Below are positions 1-5,055 of a stretch of 5,055 bases of DNA, piece after piece. The notes under the pieces are model-generated. The model was not told the origin of the DNA, did no database searches, and saw nothing but the letters and a program-made list of their open reading frames with translations. The stretch lies in the IMG/VR virus record IMGVR_UViG_2706794666_000005. The stretch is one strand, 5' to 3'. Origin of the DNA: a virus (lineage: Duplodnaviria > Heunggongvirae > Uroviricota > Caudoviricetes). The position numbers and the translations under genes were made by a program. The first letter of the stretch is position 1. Each line of letters opens with the position of its first letter.

Positions 1-3
1 TTC

Positions 4-36
4 AGGCCATCAGAGTTTTGCTGATGGCCTTTTTTC
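4..36 (+). terminator. Rho-independent terminator hairpin
   Basis: Perfect 10-bp inverted repeat, aggccatcag (4-13) pairing with ctgatggcct (21-30), 7-nt loop agttttg, followed by tttttcttt on the + strand. The reverse strand has no T-tract after the stem, so it is oriented for + strand transcription. Confidence 0.65.
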
Positions 37-92
37 TTTCCGATAGCACAGGTCTGTCGAAAAAAGGCCCCTATTAAGTTGTCAAGCATGTT

Positions 93-422
93 ATGACCCC
101 TGCGGGGTATAAAATGTATCAGATGGAAAAAATATCAACAGGCATTGCCTACGGCACCCTTGCCACTGTCGCCAGACAAATTAACCCGTACATCAAAGTC
201 GATATACCGGAAACAACGCGCGGCGCTCTTTACTCGTTCGTTTACAACGTGGGCGCTGGCAATTTCAGAACATCGACGCTTCTTCGCAAAATAAACCAGG
301 GCTATATCAAAGGCGCATGTGACCAGCTATGTCGCTGGACATATGCTGGCGGTAAGCAATGGAAAGGGCTGATGACCCGTCGTGAGATTGAGCGTGAAGT
401 CTGTTTGTGGGGGCAGCAATGA
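93..422 (+). CDS. Phage GH24 (T4-type) endolysin, C-terminal fragment only; probably N-terminally truncated and catalytically inactive
   Basis: The 109-aa product from about residue 23 onward ([48 protein letters not shown]...[13 protein letters not shown]) matches, from memory, the C-terminal part of phage 21 / DLP12-type lysozymes of about 165 aa. The first 22 residues ([22 protein letters not shown]) do not. An in-frame TAA at 75-77 prevents any upstream extension. The stop TGA (420-422) overlaps the Rz ATG (419-421) as ATGA, the classic R/Rz junction. Confidence 0.6.
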   Translation: MTPAGYKMYQMEKISTGIAYGTLATVARQINPYIKVDIPETTRGALYSFVYNVGAGNFRTSTLLRKINQGYIKGACDQLCRWTYAGGKQWKGLMTRREIEREVCLWGQQ

Positions 423-883
423 GCAGAGTCACCGCGATTATCTCCGCTCTGGTTATCTGCATCATCGTCTGCCTGTCATGGGCTGTTAATCATTACCGTG
501 ATAACGCCATTACCTACAAAGAGCAGCGCGACAAAAACGCAAGAGAACTGAAGCTGGCGAACGCAACCATTACTGACATGCAGCAGAGACAGCGTGATGT
601 TAATGCACTCGATGCTAAATACACGAAGGAGTTAGCTGATGCGAAAGCTGAAAATGAAACTCTGCGCGCTGATGTTGCCGCTGGTCGTCGTCGGTTGCAC
701 ATCAAAGCAGTCTGTCAGTCAGTGCGTGAAGCCACCACCGCCTCCGGCGTGGATAATGCAACCAGCCCCCGACTGGCAGACACCGCTGAACGGGATTATT
801 TCACCCTCAGAGAGCGGCTGATGACGATGCAGATGCAACTGGAAGGGGCACAGGAGTATATCCGCACTCAGTGCATTAAGTAG
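419..883 (+). CDS. Rz: Rz-like i-spanin (inner-membrane spanin subunit)
   Basis: 154 aa from ATG 419: [34 protein letters not shown]... has an N-terminal transmembrane helix, a coiled-coil-like periplasmic region and a C-terminus closely resembling lambda Rz as I recall it. I prefer ATG 419 to the ORF-track GTG 407 because of the ATGA overlap with the upstream stop. Confidence 0.9.
   Translation: MSRVTAIISALVICIIVCLSWAVNHYRDNAITYKEQRDKNARELKLANATITDMQQRQRDVNALDAKYTKELADAKAENETLRADVAAGRRRLHIKAVCQSVREATTASGVDNATSPRLADTAERDYFTLRERLMTMQMQLEGAQEYIRTQCIK
639..821 (+). CDS. Rz1: Rz1-like o-spanin (outer-membrane lipoprotein), nested in the +1 frame of Rz
   Basis: 60 aa, [60 protein letters not shown]: signal peptide with lipobox LVVVGC, then a proline-rich mature peptide, near-identical in pattern to lambda Rz1. 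AAGGAG at 625-630 sits 8 nt upstream of ATG 639. Entirely embedded in Rz in a different frame. Confidence 0.88.
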   Translation: MRKLKMKLCALMLPLVVVGCTSKQSVSQCVKPPPPPAWIMQPAPDWQTPLNGIISPSESG

Positions 884-925
884 CCTTTTTATCGTGGTAA
901 ACATTTCGCAGGGTATGAGGTATTT

Positions 926-1276
926 ATGCCATCACTAATCCCACGTGCCTGCCGTAAGCGTGGATGTGCAGGTACAACCACAGACAGTTCGGGTTACTGC
1001 GATAAACATCGCGGTGAAGGCTGGGTGCAGCACCAGCGCGGACTGAGCCGCCACCAGCGTGGCTATGGCTCAAAATGGACGGTGATTCGTGCCCGTATTC
1101 TGAAGCGCGATAAAGGTCTGTGTCAGTTGTGTCTGCGTGTCGGTGTGGTGAGCGAGGCGAAAACCGTCGACCACATCATCCCGAAAGCGCATGGCGGAAC
1201 AGACGCAGACAGCAACCTGCAGAGTCTGTGCTGGCCCTGCCATAAAGCGAAAACAGCGCGCGAACGAATCCGGTGA
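926..1276 (+). CDS. HNH endonuclease, phage packaging-associated
   Basis: 116 aa. C-terminal HNH motif (CQLC...VDHIIPKAHGGTDADSNLQSLCWPCHKAK) with paired Cys zinc ligands, and a Cys-rich N-terminus (CRKRGCAGTTTDSSGYCDKH). GAGG at 917-920 lies 5 nt before ATG 926. Sits immediately upstream of the terminase genes, as in HK97-like phages. Confidence 0.9.
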   Translation: MPSLIPRACRKRGCAGTTTDSSGYCDKHRGEGWVQHQRGLSRHQRGYGSKWTVIRARILKRDKGLCQLCLRVGVVSEAKTVDHIIPKAHGGTDADSNLQSLCWPCHKAKTARERIR

Positions 1277-1294
1277 TAATTATTCTCACTTGTA

Positions 1295-1358
1295 GGGAGG
1301 GGCGGGGCAAATCCCTGTGACCTGACGTCTTCCGGACTGCCCGCCCCATCGTTTTTTT
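1295..1358. other. GC-rich dyad-symmetry element between HNH and terS; candidate cos region or terminator-like structure
   Basis: GGGGCGGG (1299-1306) is the inverted complement of CCCGCCCC (1340-1347), about 33 nt apart. Palindromes GACGTC (1324-1329) and TCCGGA (1331-1336) lie between the arms, and a T7 run follows at 1352-1358. The position matches where cos sits in HK97-like genomes. The function is inferred, not demonstrated. Confidence 0.3.
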
Positions 1359-1397
1359 ATACCCGCGAAAAATGAAATTTAACCAGGAGTGCCGCAT

Positions 1398-1892
1398 ATG
1401 GCTGGAACGGCGGGGCGTTCCGGGCGTCGCCCCAAGCCAACGGCGCGCAAGGCGCTGGCCGGAAACCCCGGCAAGCGAGCCCTGAACAAAGATGAACCTG
1501 TTTTTACGCCCATCAAAGGTGTTGAGCCACCAGAGTGGTTCGCTGAAGAAGATCTCCCTCTCGCCACGATCATGTGGCAACTGACAACCAAAGAACTCTG
1601 CGGTCAGGGCCTGCTGTGCGTGACTGACCTGGCGGTACTTGAGCGGTGGTGCGTGGCCTATGAGTTCTGGCGACGTGCCGTGAAAAATATTGCCATACAG
1701 GGCAACACCATCACCGGTGCAATGGGCGGCAGGGTCAAAAATCCGGAGCTGACCGCCAAAAAAGAACAGGAGTCCGAGATGAGCAGCACGGGGGCAATGC
1801 TCGGACTCGACCCCAGCAGCCGCCAGCGTCTGATTGGCCTGGCGGGGCAGAAGAAAGCCACTAACCCGTTTCTGAAAATTATCGAATCATGA
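1398..1892 (+). CDS. Terminase small subunit, P27 family
   Basis: 164 aa from ATG 1398, with AGGAG at 1384-1388 nine nt upstream. The basic N-terminus with the GNPGKR motif ([28 protein letters not shown]) is typical of P27-family TerS. The stop overlaps the terL start as ATGA (1889-1892). I reject the ORF-track GTG 1389 because it has no spacer from the SD. Confidence 0.88.
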   Translation: MAGTAGRSGRRPKPTARKALAGNPGKRALNKDEPVFTPIKGVEPPEWFAEEDLPLATIMWQLTTKELCGQGLLCVTDLAVLERWCVAYEFWRRAVKNIAIQGNTITGAMGGRVKNPELTAKKEQESEMSSTGAMLGLDPSSRQRLIGLAGQKKATNPFLKIIES

Positions 1893-3622
1893 GCCGGAAA
1901 TCTTACCCCAACGTAAATGCTGCAAATCAGTATGCCCGGGATGTCGTGCGCGGAAAGATTGTTGCCTGCCAGTTTGTGATTCAGGCCTGCCAGCGCCATC
2001 TTGATGACCTGATGGCGGAAAAAAGTAAGTCGTTTCGTTACCGCTTCGACAAGGACCTGGCTGAACGGGCCGCGAAATTTATTCAGCTGTTGCCGCACAC
2101 CAAGGGGGAGTGGGCATTCAAACGGATGCCCATCACGCTGGAGCCGTGGCAGCTATTTGTGATCTGCTGTGCGTTTGGCTGGGTCAATAAAGGCACCCGG
2201 TTGCGCCGCTTCCGGGAGGTGTACACCGAAATCCCCCGTAAGAACGGCAAATCAGCAATCTCTGCCGGTGTTGCCCTGTATTGTTTTGCCTGTGATAACG
2301 AGTTTGGCGCGGAAGTGTATTCCGGTGCCACGACAGAGAAACAGGCGTGGGAAGTCTTTCGCCCGGCGCGACTGATGTGTAAACGCACACCCATGCTGAC
2401 GGAAGCGTTCGGGATTGAGGTTAACGCCTCAAACATGAACCGTCCGGAGGATGGCGCGCGGTTTGAACCGCTGATCGGCAACCCAGGTGATGGTTCATCA
2501 CCCCACTGTGCCGTGGTTGATGAATATCACGAGCATGCCACCGATGCGCTTTATACCACAATGCTTACCGGGATGGGGGCGCGACGTCAGCCACTGATGT
2601 GGGCCATCACCACCGCCGGGTACAACATTGAGGGGCCGTGCTACGACAAGCGGCGGGAAGTCATCGAGATGCTCAACGGCTCGGTGCCTAACGATGAACT
2701 GTTCGGGATCATCTATACCGTTGATGAAGGTGACGACTGGACCGGCCCGCAGGTGCTGGAAAAAGCCAATCCAAATATTGGCGTGTCGGTTTATCGCGAA
2801 TTTTTGTTAAGTCAGCAGCAGCGTGCGAAAAATAACGCCCGTCTGGCAAACGTCTTTAAAACAAAACACCTCAATATCTGGGTGTCGGCGCGTTCGGCGT
2901 ATTTCAACTTGGTGAGCTGGCAGAGCTGCGAGGATAAATCACTGACCCTTGAGCAGTTCGAGGGGCAGCCGTGCATTCTGGCCTTTGACCTGGCGCGTAA
3001 GCTGGATATGAACAGCATGGCGCGACTTTATACCCGCGAGATTGACGGTAAAACGCATTACTACAGTGTGGCCCCGCGTTTCTGGGTACCGTATGACACG
3101 GTGTACAGCGTCGAGAAAAATGAAGATCGACGGACAGCCGAACGCTTTCAGAAATGGGTGGAAATGGGCGTTCTGACCGTTACCGATGGTGCGGAGGTGG
3201 ATTATCGCTACATCCTCGAGGAGGCCAAAGCGGCGAACAAAATCAGCCCGGTCAGTGAGTCACCCATCGACCCCTTCGGGGCGACCGGGTTGTCACATGA
3301 CCTTGCTGATGAAGACCTGAATCCCGTCACTATCGTCCAGAACTTCACCAATATGTCCGATCCGATGAAAGAGCTGGAAGCAGCGATTGAATCGGGACGT
3401 TTTCATCATGACGGCAATCCCATCATGACCTGGTGTATCGGCAACGTGGTCGGCAAAAACATGCCGGGTAACGATGATGTGGTGAAACCCGTCAAAGAGC
3501 AGGCGGAAAACAAAATCGATGGTGCAGTTGCGCTGATTATGGCGGTTGGCAGAGCCATGCTGTACGAGAAAGAAGACACGCTGTCTGACCACATTGAGTC
3601 CTACGGGATCCGCTCGCTTTAA
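1889..3622 (+). CDS. Terminase large subunit (ATPase/nuclease)
   Basis: 577 aa. Walker A-like IPRKNGKS at nt 2231-2254, Walker B-like CAVVDEYHE, and a C-terminal nuclease-like region with conserved acidic residues ([24 protein letters not shown]). Size and position fit a Terminase_1-type TerL. Translationally coupled to terS. Confidence 0.92.
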   Translation: MSRKSYPNVNAANQYARDVVRGKIVACQFVIQACQRHLDDLMAEKSKSFRYRFDKDLAERAAKFIQLLPHTKGEWAFKRMPITLEPWQLFVICCAFGWVNKGTRLRRFREVYTEIPRKNGKSAISAGVALYCFACDNEFGAEVYSGATTEKQAWEVFRPARLMCKRTPMLTEAFGIEVNASNMNRPEDGARFEPLIGNPGDGSSPHCAVVDEYHEHATDALYTTMLTGMGARRQPLMWAITTAGYNIEGPCYDKRREVIEMLNGSVPNDELFGIIYTVDEGDDWTGPQVLEKANPNIGVSVYREFLLSQQQRAKNNARLANVFKTKHLNIWVSARSAYFNLVSWQSCEDKSLTLEQFEGQPCILAFDLARKLDMNSMARLYTREIDGKTHYYSVAPRFWVPYDTVYSVEKNEDRRTAERFQKWVEMGVLTVTDGAEVDYRYILEEAKAANKISPVSESPIDPFGATGLSHDLADEDLNPVTIVQNFTNMSDPMKELEAAIESGRFHHDGNPIMTWCIGNVVGKNMPGNDDVVKPVKEQAENKIDGAVALIMAVGRAMLYEKEDTLSDHIESYGIRSL

Positions 3623-3633
3623 CTGAGGTAATT

Positions 3634-3816
3634 ATGATCATGCTGATTCTCGCGCCTCTGGTGGGCGTGCTGGGTGCGCTTTTGCTGGCGTATGGTGCCT
3701 GGCTGATTTATCCCCCGGCGGGTTTTGTTGTTGCCGGGGCGCTGTGCCTGTTCTGGTCGTGGCTGGTGGCGCGATATCTCGACCGTACACGGCAGTCTGT
3801 CGGCGGAGGTAAATAG
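3634..3816 (+). CDS. Small hypothetical membrane protein (two predicted transmembrane helices)
   Basis: 60 aa, [60 protein letters not shown]: two hydrophobic helices and a basic C-terminal tail. GAGGT at 3625-3629 lies 4 nt before ATG 3634. Codon usage is host-like (ctg, gcg, ggt, gtg). Its last codons carry the SD for the downstream portal start. Confidence 0.6.
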   Translation: MIMLILAPLVGVLGALLLAYGAWLIYPPAGFVVAGALCLFWSWLVARYLDRTRQSVGGGK

Positions 3817-4972
3817 TGTTCTTTTCGGGATTATTTCAACGAAAAAGCGATGTGCCGGTGACCACGCCAGCAGAACTGCTGATGCTATCGGGCTGTCATA
3901 CGACACCTATACCGGAAAGCGGATCAGTAGCCAGCGGGCCATGCGCCTGACGGCGGTCTATTCTTGCGTCAGGGTGCTGGCAGAGTCTGTTGGTATGCTG
4001 CCCTGCAGTCTCTACAAAATCAGCGGTACCCTGAAAACACGGGCGGTGGATGAACGACTGCATAAGTTGGTTTCGGCAAAACCTAATGGCTACATGACAC
4101 CGCAGGAATTCTGGGAGCTGGTTATTGTCTGCCTGTGTCTACGGGGGAATTTTTACGCCTACAAGGTAAAGGCACTGGGAGAAGTGGTGGAGCTTCTTCC
4201 GATAGATCCGGGCTGTGTGGAACCGAAGCTGAACAGCCAGTGGCAGCCGGTTTATCAGGTGACGTTTCCGGATGGTTCCGTGGATGTGTTGACCCAGAAT
4301 GAAATCTGGCATGTGCGCACCCTGACGCTGGATGGACTTGTCGGGCTGAATCCCATTGCGTATGCGCGTGAGGCCATTTCACTGGCAGCGGCAACCGAGG
4401 AGCACGGTGCCAGGTTGTTTAGTAATGGTGCGGTGACATCCGGTGTGTTGCGTACGGAACAAAAGCTCACGCCGGATGCTTACGAGCGTCTGAAGAAAGA
4501 TTTTGAGGAGTGTCACACGGGGCTTGGCAATGCTCACCGCCCGATGATTCTGGAAATGGGGCTGGACTGGAAGTCGATGGCGCTGAACGCCGAGGACAGT
4601 CAGTTCCTGGAAACCCGCAAGTTTCAGCTGGAAGAAATCTGTCGTCTGTTCCGGGTGCCGTTGCACATGGTGCAGAACACCGATCGCGCCACCTTCAACA
4701 ATATCGAAGAGCTGGGGCTGGGATTTATCAACTATTCACTGGTGCCGTATCTGACCCGCATCGAACAGCGGATCAACACCGGACTGGTACGAAAAAGTAA
4801 GCAGGGCGTTTATTACGCCAAATTTAACGCCGGGGCGTTACTGCGCGGGGATATGAAGTCCCGTTTTGAAGCCTACGCCACCGGGATCAACTGGGGAATT
4901 TACTCTTCCAATGACTGCCGCGACCTGGAAGATATGAATCCGCGTCCCGGTGGTGTAATGCCGATCAGTTAA
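3816..4972 (+). CDS. Portal protein, HK97 family; start and body are in different frames as read (apparent 1-nt frame break near 3890-3893)
   Basis: The body (frame 2, to stop 4970-4972) has HK97-portal hallmarks: RLTAVYSCVRVLAESVGMLPCSLYK near the N-terminus and FLETRKFQLEEICRLFRVPLHMV. The best start signal is GTG 3816 in frame 0, with a perfect GGAGG (3805-3809) 6 nt upstream, overlapping the upstream stop as TAGTG. Frame 0 gives MFFSGLFQRKSDVPVTTPAELLMLSG... but hits TGA at 3948-3950. The span is not a multiple of 3. Confidence 0.8.
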
Positions 4973-5004
4973 GGATCAGTTGACCGATCCAGTGGCTGTG
5001 TAAG

Positions 5005-5039
5005 AATCCGGAAACGCTCACTTGTTTCCGGATTTTTTT
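5005..5039 (+). terminator. Rho-independent terminator downstream of portal
   Basis: atccggaaac (5006-5015) pairs perfectly with gtttccggat (5024-5033), 8-nt loop gctcactt, followed by a T-run (5034-5039). The T-tract is present only in the + orientation. Confidence 0.7.
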
Positions 5040-5055
5040 ATGCACATTGGACAGG

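Noticed and set aside
37-160. Possible insertion-sequence end or promoter at the 5' breakpoint of the endolysin fragment
   Set aside because: No terminal inverted repeat or transposase, and no match to IS ends I can recall; TTGTCA at 79-84 has no properly spaced -10 hexamer. The window is too short upstream to decide.
407-418. GTG 407 and GTG 1389 as starts for Rz and terS (ORF-track longest-ORF starts)
   Set aside because: ATG 419 overlaps the upstream stop as ATGA, and ATG 1398 has AGGAG at proper spacing; the GTG alternatives lack suitable SD spacing.
1372-1485. Short + strand ORF starting at ATG 1372 (about 37 aa) overlapping the terS start in another frame
   Set aside because: Arg-rich product, no SD, overlaps the well-supported terS start; likely spurious.
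1176-1580. 134-aa minus-strand ORF spanning the HNH 3' end, intergenic region and terS start
   Set aside because: Antisense to well-supported + strand genes, Arg/Pro/Trp-rich low-complexity translation, no RBS; a typical shadow ORF.
1658-2098. 146-aa minus-strand ORF overlapping terS and terL
   Set aside because: Lies entirely antisense to the terminase genes with no independent start signals or recognisable motifs; judged spurious.
2083-3592. Several internal ORFs within terL on both strands (2083-2481 -, 2169-2375 +, 2184-2390 -, 2628-2810 +, 2812-3018 -, 3293-3592 -, 3406-3594 -)
   Set aside because: All are nested inside the 577-aa TerL frame, which carries clear Walker motifs; the alternatives have odd composition and no RBS.
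3725-3815. TTG start at 3725 giving a 415-aa portal with N-terminal extension [17 protein letters not shown]...
   Set aside because: No SD upstream, overlaps the small membrane ORF by about 90 nt in another frame, and the extension is Cys/Trp/Arg-rich with rare codons. GTG 3816 with GGAGG is much better supported.
3880-3900. Programmed ribosomal frameshift as the explanation for the portal frame switch
   Set aside because: No slippery heptamer (X XXY YYZ) or obvious downstream stimulatory structure at the switch point; a 1-nt indel is the simpler explanation.
3619-3906. 95-aa minus-strand ORF antisense to the small membrane-protein gene and portal start
   Set aside because: Arg/Gln/Pro/His-rich translation typical of antisense reading of a hydrophobic gene; no start signals.
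4122-4800. Internal ORFs within the portal gene (4122-4394 -, 4255-4470 -, 4379-4666 -, 4510-4800 +)
   Set aside because: Nested in the strongly supported portal frame; compositionally biased and without RBS.

Overview
This window is a contiguous, same-strand (+) late-gene block of a lambdoid prophage with an HK97-type packaging/head module, most likely from an enterobacterial host. Gene order is: intrinsic terminator, N-terminally truncated GH24 endolysin fragment, Rz i-spanin with nested Rz1 o-spanin, HNH endonuclease, GC-rich dyad intergenic region (candidate cos), P27-family small terminase, large terminase, a small two-helix membrane protein, HK97-family portal, intrinsic terminator. Protein identifications rest on my reading of the supplied translations and recalled family motifs; no database search was run. 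I see no obviously novel multi-gene system here. The most notable observations are two apparent lesions, a portal gene whose start and body lie in different reading frames and an endolysin missing its catalytic N-terminus, plus an unexplained small membrane-protein gene between terminase and portal. No rRNA, tRNA, CRISPR array, transposase or integrase is visible.
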